64,000 nucleotides of DNA from a phage, in the NCBI GenBank assembly GCA_012338575.1, contig GCA_012338575.1_3616.1. One strand, written 5' to 3'. Made by a program: the position numbers and the translations under genes. Within the stretch, counting starts at the first letter, position 1. Each line of letters opens with the position of its first letter. Of this stretch, positions 1 to 8,860 are shown one piece after another. The notes below the pieces were generated by a model that saw only the letters and a program-made list of their open reading frames with translations, was not told the DNA's origin and did not search any database.

Positions 1-13
1 AAAAAAAAAATTA

Positions 14-41
14 TTGACACGCTGCAAAATTAAAGTAAACT
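14..41 (+). promoter_or_regulatory. sigma70-like promoter (TTGACA, 16 bp, TAAACT)
   Basis: TTGACA 14-19, TAAACT 36-41; leader hairpin GGCGGGAA-tgtt-TCCCGCC precedes SD of CDS 90-485. Confidence 0.4.
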
Positions 42-89
42 AGACACAAAAGGCGGGAATGTTTCCCGCCAACACAAAGGAAAAAGATC

Positions 90-485
90 ATGAATAAGAA
101 CGTACGCCGCATCATGAACGAACTGGCAAACGATGAAAAAATTATTGATATGCATTTGGTCAACATTTGCCGCCGTTGTGTAACATATAACAACCGCGCC
201 GCAAAAGCGCGTGAGATGAACGCAAAAGGCACCTTAAAGCCCTTTCAGGTGGTTGTAAAATCTATAGCTAATGCAGCAGGCCAGGCGCATGACCACAACA
301 ACGAGAGCACTAATATTGATCCGTCTTACGTAATGAAACGGATCCGGACTTGCAAGAATAAAGAGCAGGTGTATAACGTCATAGATTGGCTGGACTCCAT
401 GGGCGATGTGGTTTATAATAGGTTTTCTGCAGCTATCGAGATCCAGCTTGACAGATTGGACGGGAAAGTACTGAAAACTTACTGA
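90..485 (+). CDS. hypothetical early protein (131 aa)
   Basis: ORF with SD AAGGAAAAAG 5-6 nt upstream of ATG; own promoter. Confidence 0.6.
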   Translation: MNKNVRRIMNELANDEKIIDMHLVNICRRCVTYNNRAAKAREMNAKGTLKPFQVVVKSIANAAGQAHDHNNESTNIDPSYVMKRIRTCKNKEQVYNVIDWLDSMGDVVYNRFSAAIEIQLDRLDGKVLKTY

Positions 486-486
486 G

Positions 487-530
487 TTTATTTTTAGATG
501 GCCTTGACTCCAGGGCCATCAATAAAGTAA
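487..530. repeat. conserved 44-bp intergenic element copy 1 (palindrome GATGGCCTTG-ACTC-CAGGGCCATC carrying TTGACT)
   Basis: Near-identical copies at 1106-1150 and 4861-4905, variant at 1444-1485; 10-bp stem hairpin; no U-tract after hairpin on either strand. Confidence 0.7.
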
Positions 531-564
531 CCTAACCACAGTTGAGCGGAAAGGGGGCTTAAAG

Positions 565-684
565 ATGAGTACTACACGCCAGCACACAAAGGTAACTATT
601 ATCGTTTGCATCATTGGTTACATCCTGGCGCAAATGTTGATGGGTAGCGCCAACGGTATCGCAAAATTTTTCTTAAACTTTTAA
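565..684 (+). CDS. small hydrophobic protein (39 aa, predicted single TM helix)
   Basis: ATG 565 preceded by AAAGGGGG; not in ORF track (below 60 aa); translation MSTTRQHTKVTIIVCIIGYILAQMLMGSANGIAKFFLNF. Confidence 0.4.
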   Translation: MSTTRQHTKVTIIVCIIGYILAQMLMGSANGIAKFFLNF

Positions 685-685
685 T

Positions 686-715
686 TGACAAGCTAACTTA
701 GATCAGTATACTAAC
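686..715 (+). promoter_or_regulatory. sigma70-like promoter (TTGACA ... TATACT)
   Basis: TTGACA 686-691 and TATACT about 17 bp downstream; followed by leader hairpin GGGAAAACTTCCC. Confidence 0.45.
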
Positions 716-762
716 CACATAAACGGGAAAACTTCCCAGAACACACAAAAGGAGAAAACACC

Positions 763-1104
763 ATGACTACTATGACCGCCGCAGATAAAGCTATGCAGAT
801 CGCCGCGCTGAAAAAACAGATCGCAGACCTTGAGAACAAGATCGATAACTTTGAAATCGACGAGGACAAGTACGACGAAAACTATGATGAATGGTTAGAC
901 GAGATCTACGGCGAAATTATGATCGGAAACATTTCTTTTCTTCCGTCGCGTATCCTCAAGGAGCTAGATCCTATCGCTTACCGCTGCGGATTTAGCGACT
1001 ACATCGACAGCCTGGATATTGAGGACGATGAAGAATACCAGGAATTACAGACAGAGTTGGAAGAAGCAAAAGAAGAGCTTGCGGAGCTGGAAGAAAACGA
1101 GTAA
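763..1104 (+). CDS. hypothetical acidic early protein (113 aa)
   Basis: ORF with SD AAAAGGAG; strongly acidic C-terminal half. Confidence 0.6.
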   Translation: MTTMTAADKAMQIAALKKQIADLENKIDNFEIDEDKYDENYDEWLDEIYGEIMIGNISFLPSRILKELDPIAYRCGFSDYIDSLDIEDDEEYQELQTELEEAKEELAELEENE

Positions 1105-1105
1105 G

Positions 1106-1150
1106 ATTATTTTTAGATGGCCTTGACACCAGGGCCATCAATAAAGTAAA
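1106..1150. repeat. conserved 44-bp intergenic element copy 2
   Basis: GATTATTTTTAGATGGCCTTGACACCAGGGCCATCAATAAAGTAAA. Confidence 0.7.
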
Positions 1151-1193
1151 CTTTATACTGTTAACACTGAACTAATGCATAGGAGTTAAAACC

Positions 1194-1439
1194 ATGGCCG
1201 CACTAATTACCAAATATTACGCCCCTACCAACACCAAAAGCGCCCGTATCATGGTAAAAGGCTTCGGACGTAAAAAGGTTTACACCTGGGATTATTCCCT
1301 AGACATGGAAGACAACTACACCAACGCGATGACCGATTTTATTAATGAACTAAATAAGCAGATCTTAACCAATTATAAGGTTACCGACATCGCCTATGTT
1401 GGGGAAGGTGGGATCTGTTTTGTCGGTATTGTCAAATAA
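1194..1439 (+). CDS. hypothetical early protein (81 aa)
   Basis: ORF with SD AGGAG upstream. Confidence 0.55.
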   Translation: MAALITKYYAPTNTKSARIMVKGFGRKKVYTWDYSLDMEDNYTNAMTDFINELNKQILTNYKVTDIAYVGEGGICFVGIVK

Positions 1440-1443
1440 GCTG

Positions 1444-1485
1444 TTTTTTCGGTGGCCCTGGTGGCAGGGCCATCTATAAAGATAG
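1444..1485. repeat. variant copy of intergenic palindromic element (GGCCCTG-gtgg-CAGGGCC)
   Basis: Same architecture (T-run, GC palindrome, ATAAAG) as the 44-bp element but diverged. Confidence 0.5.
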
Positions 1486-1515
1486 TTTATTAACACCATG
1501 AAAGGAGAAAGTAAC

Positions 1516-1869
1516 ATGATCAGCGGGGCTAGTTTTATTATTGGCGCTATTGCTACGGCTTTAATTGTAAACAAGATCCAATCTAAAAACGAGAAAGAGA
1601 GCAACGCGCTCACAGAATACCCATTTTGGGTATTCAACGACAATGAAGACTATATTATCAAGTACAAGGATGAGAAAGGAGACCAGGTAACACCGCGACC
1701 GATCCCGGCTTACAAGATGCAAGAAACACTATACCGCCTAAAGGCTGGAGGCGCAAAAATCGTAGACTTTTGGGGATATGATTGCAAGGATCAGGAGGTT
1801 ATAAAACGGCGTATCCGGGCGATTCAGGCAAATATTGAAGTTAGCAAGGGGGGAATATATGAAGATTAA
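1516..1869 (+). CDS. hypothetical protein with N-terminal hydrophobic segment (117 aa)
   Basis: ATG 1516 follows SD AAAGGAG at correct spacing; track ORF starts 18 nt earlier inside the SD. Confidence 0.55.
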   Translation: MISGASFIIGAIATALIVNKIQSKNEKESNALTEYPFWVFNDNEDYIIKYKDEKGDQVTPRPIPAYKMQETLYRLKAGGAKIVDFWGYDCKDQEVIKRRIRAIQANIEVSKGGIYED

Positions 1870-2056
1870 TTTTGAGAAGATTGTAAAGCGATCTCATGAT
1901 TCCGAGGAGTTGCCGGAACGCCGCCAGCGCAACAATAAACTGAATAAGCCAAAAAGATTTGGGAAGATCTGGCGGAATCATTATGATCGTAAATTGCCGG
2001 GCCTACTTTTGGAACGTGAACGACAAGCGGAACGATACCGCCACAAAGGCAAATAG
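1859..2056 (+). CDS. small basic protein (65 aa)
   Basis: ATG 1859 after GGGGGG; overlaps stop of upstream gene; Arg/Lys-rich. Confidence 0.45.
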   Translation: MKINFEKIVKRSHDSEELPERRQRNNKLNKPKRFGKIWRNHYDRKLPGLLLERERQAERYRHKGK

Positions 2057-2063
2057 CAACCAA

Positions 2064-2090
2064 CGCCCCGCCATTGTGCGGGGTTTTTTA
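2064..2090 (+). terminator. rho-independent terminator
   Basis: CCCCGC-cattgt-GCGGGG followed by TTTTTT. Confidence 0.7.
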
Positions 2091-2238
2091 TTTCTATCCT
2101 ACGAATAGCGCCCCTGGTTGGCCCCACAAACGCCACAAAAGCCCCTACCTATGCAATCCCCTTTATTAACCTGAAAACATCACCCAGGGCCGTTTTATGG
2201 TGTTAAAAAATATCATTGACAGTGATTTTATTTAAAGC

Positions 2239-2267
2239 TTGACACCTTGGAATAGTCCGGATATACT
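2239..2267 (+). promoter_or_regulatory. sigma70-like promoter (TTGACA, 17 bp, TATACT)
   Basis: TTGACA 2239-2244, TATACT 2262-2267. Confidence 0.5.
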
Positions 2268-2302
2268 AACCACATCAAAGCAAGAAGGAAGGAGTAAACG
2301 CC

Positions 2303-2563
2303 ATGCGTAAATTAAAAAATTTTGATAAAGTTGATGTTGTCCTGAATAATTTTTACTACTGCAATAACAAGGCCATTTGGTGGCGTGATAGTTCCACCGA
2401 TAAAGTCAAGGCGCGCTTTCTCCAGGGGCACTGGCAAGGCCGTCCAGTGATTAAAATCATGGGGCAATTGGTAGCGTTTAAAAATTGCCGCCGTGTTGAT
2501 GACGTTGAAGAGATTTTAAGCATTTTGCGCCACAATAATTTAAAAAATAGTGTTGACAAGTAA
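2303..2563 (+). CDS. hypothetical early protein (86 aa)
   Basis: ORF with SD GGAAGGAG. Confidence 0.55.
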   Translation: MRKLKNFDKVDVVLNNFYYCNNKAIWWRDSSTDKVKARFLQGHWQGRPVIKIMGQLVAFKNCRRVDDVEEILSILRHNNLKNSVDK

Positions 2564-2580
2564 ATCTCGATAAGTATACT
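2553..2580 (+). promoter_or_regulatory. sigma70-like promoter (TTGACA, 16 bp, TATACT)
   Basis: TTGACA 2553-2558 overlapping stop of upstream gene; leader hairpin GGCGGGAAAACTTCCCGCC follows. Confidence 0.5.
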
Positions 2581-2637
2581 TAAACACACAGGCGGGAAAA
2601 CTTCCCGCCACTAACAAAGAAAATAGGAGAAAATATC

Positions 2638-3261
2638 ATGACCACCGTTAACATTACCACAGGTTACAATTTATCTTTCGACGTGCTGACCGATGAACAA
2701 AAAGAAAAAGCTATTGAAATGGTCCGCGAAAGAGAAGAACACAGCGGGGATAACTTTTTTGCAGAAAGTGTAATTGAAGACTATAAAGAACATATCTTTC
2801 CAGAGTATGGCCTTGAAGATACCAAGGTACATTGGTCCGGATTTTGGTGCCAGGGTGACGGCGCGTCAATCAGTGCGGGAAACGTGGATTTAGAAAAATT
2901 CTTGCGTAAAGTCAAGTCTCTGACTAAATTCCGCTCAATTCGTCACTTGTTCGGCACAATGCACGATGGCGAACTATCCGCAAGTGTTGAGCGTGATCCA
3001 TATAGCCGCTATAGTCACGAAAACACTGTAAGCGGGTACATCGATACTACATGGCTAGATCTGACCGCCAAACAAGAAAACAAAGTGGAAGACCTGGAAG
3101 AACTGATCACCGAGACGGTACGGGAGCTATCCCGCAAGGTTTACGTAGACCTGGAGGAGGCCTATCTAGAACAGTTCACTACCGAAAACCTGATCGGCCT
3201 TATTGAGGCCAATGATTGGCGGTTTGATGTGGATGAATATGGAGAGATGAGTTTTTCATAA
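2638..3261 (+). CDS. hypothetical early protein (207 aa)
   Basis: ORF with SD ATAGGAGAAAA; largest early ORF, acidic. Confidence 0.6.
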   Translation: MTTVNITTGYNLSFDVLTDEQKEKAIEMVREREEHSGDNFFAESVIEDYKEHIFPEYGLEDTKVHWSGFWCQGDGASISAGNVDLEKFLRKVKSLTKFRSIRHLFGTMHDGELSASVERDPYSRYSHENTVSGYIDTTWLDLTAKQENKVEDLEELITETVRELSRKVYVDLEEAYLEQFTTENLIGLIEANDWRFDVDEYGEMSFS

Positions 3262-3269
3262 ATAAAGTG

Positions 3270-3297
3270 TTGCAATAATCTAAAAACCTGCTATATT
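3270..3297 (+). promoter_or_regulatory. sigma70-like promoter (TTGCAA ... TATATT)
   Basis: TTGCAA 3270-3275, TATATT about 16 bp downstream; leader hairpin GGGGGCAA-gacg-TTTGCCCC. Confidence 0.4.
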
Positions 3298-3351
3298 AAA
3301 ACTCAAGGGGGGCAAGACGTTTGCCCCACACAAAACAAAGAGGAAAACATT

Positions 3352-3732
3352 ATGAAAAACACTACTAAAGCTATTGACACCGTTATGTTTAACCTGGTTA
3401 CCTTTCGCGAGGATATGAAAGATCTTCCACGTGAAACAGTGTGCGATCACATTGAAAACTATCGCAAACTAATCAAAGAGTTGCCTTTAAAACGTGACCA
3501 GTATGCGGCTAACGCTATGCTCAACGCCATGATCAAAAAGATGATTCAGTGTGATTTAACCCTGGCCTATGATTATGCAGGTGGTCGTTTTGCAGTATAC
3601 AATCAGCCCGTGCCTGGTATGGGCACCACTGAAGAATTGCACGCGCTCAATCTAAAACAAGACGTGTGGGATAGTATGCCCCGCGTGGTGGTGTGGGCAG
3701 AAAGCGGAAAGATTTACGGCGATAATTTTTAA
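3352..3732 (+). CDS. hypothetical early protein (126 aa)
   Basis: ORF with SD AAGAGGAAAA. Confidence 0.55.
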   Translation: MKNTTKAIDTVMFNLVTFREDMKDLPRETVCDHIENYRKLIKELPLKRDQYAANAMLNAMIKKMIQCDLTLAYDYAGGRFAVYNQPVPGMGTTEELHALNLKQDVWDSMPRVVVWAESGKIYGDNF

Positions 3733-3742
3733 TCAGGTAACA

Positions 3743-3768
3743 GGCGGCATATTTGCCGCCTTATTGTT
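3743..3768 (+). terminator. rho-independent terminator
   Basis: GGCGGC-atattt-GCCGCC then TTATTGTT. Confidence 0.55.
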
Positions 3769-3796
3769 AAACAGAACTGCAAAAGAGGTACATAGA

Positions 3797-4168
3797 ATGG
3801 AATTTATTATTTTGGCCGTATTAGTTGCCTTGTTTAACGCCTGGATCGCTGGCAAGATGGGTAGATCCGCCTTTTTATGGTTTATTATATCTATTTTCCT
3901 GGGGGTGGTTGCAACTATTGTACTTGTTATCCTTGCAATTGTTGACAAAGGCGATAATAGAAAGGGTAAAGTATTTTCCGACCTGTATGACGCGCAAACA
4001 TTTGTCAACGCCTATTATAGTGATCTTCCAGTCTCCCTACGCTGCAGCCTTGCACAACAGGTTTTCGATGAAGCTAAAACCAGAGATCACGCCCATGAGA
4101 TTTGTTTAACTGAGGCGGATCGCCTATTTGAGAGGAATAGAAAATATGTGGGCCAGCCGTTTAAATAA
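3797..4168 (+). CDS. membrane protein (two predicted TM helices at N-terminus)
   Basis: ATG 3797 after AAAGAGG; MEFIILAVLVALFNAWIAG... hydrophobic. Confidence 0.5.
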   Translation: MEFIILAVLVALFNAWIAGKMGRSAFLWFIISIFLGVVATIVLVILAIVDKGDNRKGKVFSDLYDAQTFVNAYYSDLPVSLRCSLAQQVFDEAKTRDHAHEICLTEADRLFERNRKYVGQPFK

Positions 4169-4391
4169 TACCACGTTAATTAATCCCTTTGATGAAGATT
4201 TGAAGCCAGCCGCCTGGCGTGATGGATTCAATAACGAACGCTTTATTTTCAGGCCTGATCTTAAGGAATTTTGTAACAATGGATCGAACAACGACAGAGA
4301 TAATTTTTCTTGTGATGTGCGTGGTGATGGTACTCCTGGGGGCCATTGTAAACCACGTCACTACTACCAGGATGAAAGGGGGAGACGATGA
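4146..4391 (+). CDS. hypothetical protein (about 82 aa)
   Basis: ATG 4146 after GAGAGGAA; overlaps upstream stop. Confidence 0.4.
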   Translation: MWASRLNNTTLINPFDEDLKPAAWRDGFNNERFIFRPDLKEFCNNGSNNDRDNFSCDVRGDGTPGGHCKPRHYYQDERGRR

Positions 4392-4507
4392 CAACCAAGG
4401 ATAAGCCCCGCACCGATAAGGTGCGCCGGGTTATGGTATGGCTTGAGATCATCGCCCTTGAAATATTGTTAGGCGTAGGGATGTATTTTATCGCTGTAAG
4501 TAACTGA
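4388..4507 (+). CDS. small membrane protein (39 aa)
   Basis: ATG 4388 after GGGGGAGACG, ATGA-type overlap with upstream gene; not in ORF track. Confidence 0.4.
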   Translation: MTTKDKPRTDKVRRVMVWLEIIALEILLGVGMYFIAVSN

Positions 4508-4648
4508 TAACGGCCCCCGATCCCTGGGGTCCTAACTTTTTCAAAAAATTTTTCTTCCGGGGTGTTGCAATCCGGTCCGAAATATGGATAATAATAATCA
4601 ACGGGGAGCTAATCCCCACCAACACAAAAACCAGAAAGGAGAAACAAA

Positions 4649-4849
4649 ATGAGCAACAATATCCGCGTTATTAACTTCAAAAAAGAAGAAAAAATTGCCG
4701 TGCTGATTGACGGTCAAGAAATCTTCAAGGGCTATTATGAAGATCATCAAACTGCGATTAGTATCACTCGCGTGATCGGTTACCATAATTTCTACCCCCA
4801 AGGCGCTGAGGCAGCAGTAAAACGAATCAAAGAGATTGTAGGCCTGTAA
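4649..4849 (+). CDS. hypothetical early protein (66 aa)
   Basis: SD AGAAAGGAG; preceded by promoter-like TTGCAA..ATATGGATAATAA and leader hairpin GGGGAGCTAATCCCC. Confidence 0.55.
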   Translation: MSNNIRVINFKKEEKIAVLIDGQEIFKGYYEDHQTAISITRVIGYHNFYPQGAEAAVKRIKEIVGL

Positions 4850-4860
4850 AATTTATTTTT

Positions 4861-4905
4861 AGATGGCCTTGACTCCAGGGCCATCAATAAAGTAAATTTA
4901 AACCC
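4861..4905. repeat. conserved 44-bp intergenic element copy 4
   Basis: TTTATTTTTAGATGGCCTTGACTCCAGGGCCATCAATAAAGTAAA. Confidence 0.7.
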
Positions 4906-4942
4906 TGTTAAAATACCACGCAGTTAACAAGGAGTGATAGAC

Positions 4943-5242
4943 ATGTTTATCCAGGCTAATAATCTTTATTTCTTTGATGGTCAGATCGTAGATGGTGTGG
5001 AAGTGGAGATCACCGGGTGCCCTGGCGGTCAGGCTATGACTTTTCGGAATAATGCCTTTAATGATTCTCATATCGTTATGAGAATGGAAGTTACGAAGCT
5101 GGATGACAAGAAAACACTTATTGACTATTCTGTGAAAGATCATCCAGACTACCACATGATCTATGGTGATTTGTGCATTGTTGACCGTGACAAGGTGAGC
5201 GGCATTGTGATCGCTATTGTGAACGATGTTTTCTCAAACTAA
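4943..5242 (+). CDS. hypothetical early protein (99 aa)
   Basis: ATG 4943 after AAGGAG. Confidence 0.55.
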   Translation: MFIQANNLYFFDGQIVDGVEVEITGCPGGQAMTFRNNAFNDSHIVMRMEVTKLDDKKTLIDYSVKDHPDYHMIYGDLCIVDRDKVSGIVIAIVNDVFSN

Positions 5243-5259
5243 TTTCAACAGGTGATTTT

Positions 5260-5610
5260 ATGAAAGTTAAATTATATTACCTTAATGAGCTTAACCCCCT
5301 TGCCCAGGTCCGCGCCCTAGCTAATACCTTGATTTGTGAGAAATCTGTATATTGTGTTGAGCTTAACGCTATGCGTGAACGTCTCAAAGGTGGTTACTTT
5401 AATATCCATGCTGCAATCAACGGCCTGAATATGGAATTTATCCGTTTACGTAACAGCCGCCGGAATCTGGCAAGAATGGAACAAGATCCGGCCCACCTTC
5501 GTAAGCTGGTTATTGAAAATCATCTGATGTTTAATGCCGAGGGTGATTATTACCATTTTCACCGCAAACGCTGGTACCGTGGCGGCAATACAGGCAAGAA
5601 TGCAAAATAA
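5260..5610 (+). CDS. hypothetical early protein (116 aa)
   Basis: ORF with SD AGGTGA. Confidence 0.5.
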   Translation: MKVKLYYLNELNPLAQVRALANTLICEKSVYCVELNAMRERLKGGYFNIHAAINGLNMEFIRLRNSRRNLARMEQDPAHLRKLVIENHLMFNAEGDYYHFHRKRWYRGGNTGKNAK

Positions 5611-5646
5611 GGCCCCAGGCAGGGCCTACAGCGACCTAAACACTAG

Positions 5647-5680
5647 CAGGCTATGCAATCGCATAGCCTTTATTGTTTTG
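5647..5680 (+). terminator. rho-independent terminator
   Basis: AGGCTATGC-aatc-GCATAGCCT followed by TTTATTGTTTT. Confidence 0.7.
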
Positions 5681-5811
5681 ACGTTACAACGGCCCTAGGG
5701 CGCTTAAAAAATTTTTAAAGAAGTACTTGCATCATTCCCGACAATATGGATAATAAGAGTTGTCGAGGGGGAGGCCTCCAATCATTGACCAGATAGATAG
5801 GAGTTAAAATC

Positions 5812-6096
5812 ATGGCTATTGTTACCGCTGGCGATGTAGTAGAAATGGAAGCAAAATACTTAAAAGCGGGTATGCATATCCTACGGAATGATCAAGAGTT
5901 ATTATTAACGATGGTTGACTATAATCACGGCCAGGATTATCCAAGCATCGACTACTTTTTTGAGTATGTTGATGAAGAGTTGAAAGAGGATGAGGCCTAT
6001 TGCGGTGAGTTCTGCAACTTCTTTTGTCCTGATGAGGTTGTAAAGGTTATTTATCAACCTGGCGTAGCTTTCCCGCTGCACGCTATCAATAAATAA
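5812..6096 (+). CDS. hypothetical early protein (94 aa)
   Basis: SD ATAGGAG; upstream promoter-like TTGCAT..ATATGGATAATAA. Confidence 0.55.
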   Translation: MAIVTAGDVVEMEAKYLKAGMHILRNDQELLLTMVDYNHGQDYPSIDYFFEYVDEELKEDEAYCGEFCNFFCPDEVVKVIYQPGVAFPLHAINK

Positions 6097-6160
6097 ACCT
6101 GGCGGGGCCGAAAAGGCCCCTACAGCATAAAATTATGAAAATAAAGAGAGGTAAATCATC

Positions 6161-6394
6161 ATGATGGAACAAATTAAACGCACCGAGGCTATTAATGGCA
6201 ATGTGATCTATTTTGTTAGCAAAAACGAAAAAGGCGTACCATATGCGGCGGTAATAGTACAACCTGACGGCGATTATTGGTTTACTGTGTACGGCGCTTA
6301 TTCTTTTGGGCGTCCAGTGCATGATAAAATTTTGAAAGTAGCGAACCCTACCGGGAAGAATATCACAGCAGAAAAATTTTTTGAAAATAGTTGA
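6161..6394 (+). CDS. hypothetical early protein (77 aa)
   Basis: SD AAAGAGAGG. Confidence 0.55.
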   Translation: MMEQIKRTEAINGNVIYFVSKNEKGVPYAAVIVQPDGDYWFTVYGAYSFGRPVHDKILKVANPTGKNITAEKFFENS

Positions 6395-6469
6395 CATGAC
6401 CATATAAGACTGTAATATATAAATCAGAGGGGGCAACGAACCCCACCAACTACAAAGAGGATAAAAATC

Positions 6470-6649
6470 ATGGCTATTATTGCAAAGACTGAGATCGTAG
6501 GCTTAGATTCTATTCTCCTCGCATATGAGGAAGCTATAGAAATGTATGTGGTTTCCTATGGTGAGTATATCCGTGAATATAAATCTATTGATCTGGCTTT
6601 TGAATGTTATATCCGCCAGGTTAATAAAGCGTACGATGATTATCGTTAA
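6470..6649 (+). CDS. small protein (59 aa)
   Basis: ATG 6470 after ACAAAGAGGATAAAAATC; own promoter TTGACA..TAATAT; below track threshold. Confidence 0.45.
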   Translation: MAIIAKTEIVGLDSILLAYEEAIEMYVVSYGEYIREYKSIDLAFECYIRQVNKAYDDYR

Positions 6650-6735
6650 AATAGTTTGACAACAGCCATCTTACAAAGCATAATACATAAGGCGGTGGAA
6701 TGGTCCGCCACCTGGAACAAAGAGAGGTAAAAATC

Positions 6736-7011
6736 ATGGCTATCATCGAAAAAGTAAACGTTCCGACTACTTACAATAAAGGCTATAACGGCTATAAAAA
6801 CTATAATCAGTGGAACGTTGCACTGTGGATCAATAACGACGAAAGTTTATACTTCTTTGCCCTGGGCCTGATTAATGAGTGTGGCAATAAAGACGCGGCA
6901 GCTGATTTGATGGTTTACCGCTTGAAAGAAGATGGGATCACTCATACGCCTGATGGGGTGCCTTACAATAAAACTAACATCCGCGCCGCTATGGTTGGAA
7001 TGCCTCACTAA
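6736..7011 (+). CDS. hypothetical early protein (91 aa)
   Basis: ATG 6736 after AGAGAGG; promoter TTGACA 6655-6660 with CATAAT. Confidence 0.55.
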   Translation: MAIIEKVNVPTTYNKGYNGYKNYNQWNVALWINNDESLYFFALGLINECGNKDAAADLMVYRLKEDGITHTPDGVPYNKTNIRAAMVGMPH

Positions 7012-7081
7012 TAGCCGCCTTACCCTGGGGCTGTGGTAGCGGCCCCATGAATAAGGTTACTAACAGAAGAGAATAAACACC

Positions 7082-7186
7082 ATGAAACAGAAATTAATCG
7101 ATGCAGTGATCTTGGTTATTGCCCTGGGTATTGGCCTGATTGCAACCATGTCTAATATGATCTTGTCTTCCAACGGTATCGGGTGA
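7082..7186 (+). CDS. small membrane protein (34 aa)
   Basis: Hydrophobic mini-ORF MKQKLIDAVILVIALGIGLIATMSNMILSSNGIG; weak SD; speculative. Confidence 0.3.
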   Translation: MKQKLIDAVILVIALGIGLIATMSNMILSSNGIG

Positions 7187-7195
7187 GGTTGGCAA

Positions 7196-7411
7196 ATGAT
7201 CACTAACAAAACAGGCAAAACAGAATTTTTACGCAACTTACAGATCGGCAAGCCTGAGATCTGGTACTGCACTAAAACACCGCGTGACGAAATGAAAGAC
7301 TTCACCGCCACGCTGCAACGGGTAAAGATATCTATCACGCAGAAAAAGGCCTTACTAGTGGTGGAAGGGGAGATCCCCCAAACCGTTGTTATAGTTGAGC
7401 GTACCGCATAG
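7196..7411 (+). CDS. hypothetical protein (71 aa)
   Basis: ORF with SD GGTGAGG. Confidence 0.45.
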   Translation: MITNKTGKTEFLRNLQIGKPEIWYCTKTPRDEMKDFTATLQRVKISITQKKALLVVEGEIPQTVVIVERTA

Positions 7412-7502
7412 TTTAATTTATACCGATACCCGAAAATTAACCAACAAATCATAAACAGGCGGTTACCGCCGCCTTAAACGTAGCAGAAAGAGGATAGACA
7501 CA

Positions 7503-7793
7503 ATGAAAAAGATGATCGCAGTGGTTGCCCTGGTTGTTGGACTTAGTGCGCCTGCAATGGCTAATGAGCTGGCAAAAGAGGTTAATCTAACGGATATTCA
7601 TGCCGTCAATCGAATCGGGGTTACTTATCGCTTATGCCTTGCCACTAAAACTTTTAATGACGGTACAACAGAGTACTACGGATTCGAGGGTATCCGGTGC
7701 GGTGAACTTGCTCGCGACCTTAAGGAAGATCCAGACCTGGAAGATTTGCCGATGACGGTAAACGGTAAAGCTTACGTAAACCGCCAACAATAA
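7503..7793 (+). CDS. secreted/periplasmic protein with signal peptide (96 aa)
   Basis: N-terminus MKKMIAVVALVVGLSAPAMA is a classic signal peptide with AxA cleavage motif; SD AGAGGA. Confidence 0.6.
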   Translation: MKKMIAVVALVVGLSAPAMANELAKEVNLTDIHAVNRIGVTYRLCLATKTFNDGTTEYYGFEGIRCGELARDLKEDPDLEDLPMTVNGKAYVNRQQ

Positions 7794-7809
7794 GTAAGGG
7801 CGATGTAAA

Positions 7810-8001
7810 ATGAATACTGAACAAGTTAGAAAGGTATTGGCGGTACTGCGTTATCATAATCATAAAAAGGTGATAGACGATCCTGATTATGTAGATTCAA
7901 GCCTGGAAGAAGACACGCTACAAGCTATAGGCCATATGCAAGAATTGCTTAAACGCATGACAGAGAAAAACCGACCGGACTACATAGGGGGTAAAATATG
8001 A
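7810..8001 (+). CDS. hypothetical protein (63 aa)
   Basis: ORF with SD AAGGG. Confidence 0.45.
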   Translation: MNTEQVRKVLAVLRYHNHKKVIDDPDYVDSSLEEDTLQAIGHMQELLKRMTEKNRPDYIGGKI

Positions 8002-8309
8002 TCGCTATTACGCCAACCGTTTTAGATTGGTATCGGCAACGCATAGCGCCTCCACTGGCTATCTTCAAAGATGCGGAAGCAAAACAACGCCGGATCTCAA
8101 TACATGAGATCATCAACCTTAACGCTGGAGGCACACCATACCGCCCAGGGCCTGGCCGTGAGATGGACAATACATTGGCGATCCTGAAGATACGCCGTAA
8201 ACGGTCCTCCCTTACGCTGGATTCATTACACACAATGCAGTCTCCGTTCCAGGTGACTGGGAAACGGATCGCCAGGTCCTGGACAAAGGCCAATGACCGG
8301 ACCGTATAA
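7998..8309 (+). CDS. hypothetical protein (103 aa)
   Basis: ATGA overlap with upstream gene; SD GGGGG. Confidence 0.45.
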   Translation: MIAITPTVLDWYRQRIAPPLAIFKDAEAKQRRISIHEIINLNAGGTPYRPGPGREMDNTLAILKIRRKRSSLTLDSLHTMQSPFQVTGKRIARSWTKANDRTV

Positions 8310-8527
8310 ATAAAAAGTGTTTTGGTACTGATTTTGGGGTTGACTTGTTCGGCCCCTTTTGCTATTCTTATTAAACGGGCGGCACTTGGGAACAGGGGGA
8401 GACAATCACCAGGCCTGCCTGTCATATAAGAACTATAAAAACCGTTGACATCTGCCAGGGGGTGGGGTAACATTTATCTTGAAGGGGCAAAGGTGCCCAC
8501 ACAACAACCAGAAGAGAGGAAAACACT

Positions 8528-8800
8528 ATGTCAAGCTGGATTAATCAAGAAGTCGAATCACGTTTTAATGCTATTTGGGATCTCATCGAAAAAGAAGACG
8601 GCACATCAAGCCCCTACCTCAACAATTTGGAATTCCATTTTGTGGAAGCGATGAACGCAGAACATGATCACGAAGGTGGTGCGGACGAGTTCGCTAAAGG
8701 GTATGGCTTCAACAATGCCAACGAAATGATCGAGGCGGTTGTACTCCAGGCTGAGGAAGATTATCAATTAAAAACGCTTGAATTCTGCCGCCGTAAGTAA
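8528..8800 (+). CDS. hypothetical acidic protein (90 aa)
   Basis: SD AGAGAGGAAAA; two upstream TTGAC(T/A) promoters. Confidence 0.55.
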   Translation: MSSWINQEVESRFNAIWDLIEKEDGTSSPYLNNLEFHFVEAMNAEHDHEGGADEFAKGYGFNNANEMIEAVVLQAEEDYQLKTLEFCRRK

Positions 8801-8860
8801 TAAGATAATGACACGGGCCGGGAGGCCCACTAATCAGAACCACACAAAGAGGTAAACATC

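Noticed and set aside
487-530. 44-bp palindromic repeat as a rho-independent terminator
   Set aside because: The T-run precedes the hairpin on the plus strand and no U-tract follows the hairpin on either strand; kept as a regulatory/unknown repeat instead.
7949-8473. 174-aa minus-strand ORF in the early region
   Set aside because: Antisense to several SD-preceded plus-strand genes and two promoters, no SD of its own, low-complexity translation; likely spurious.
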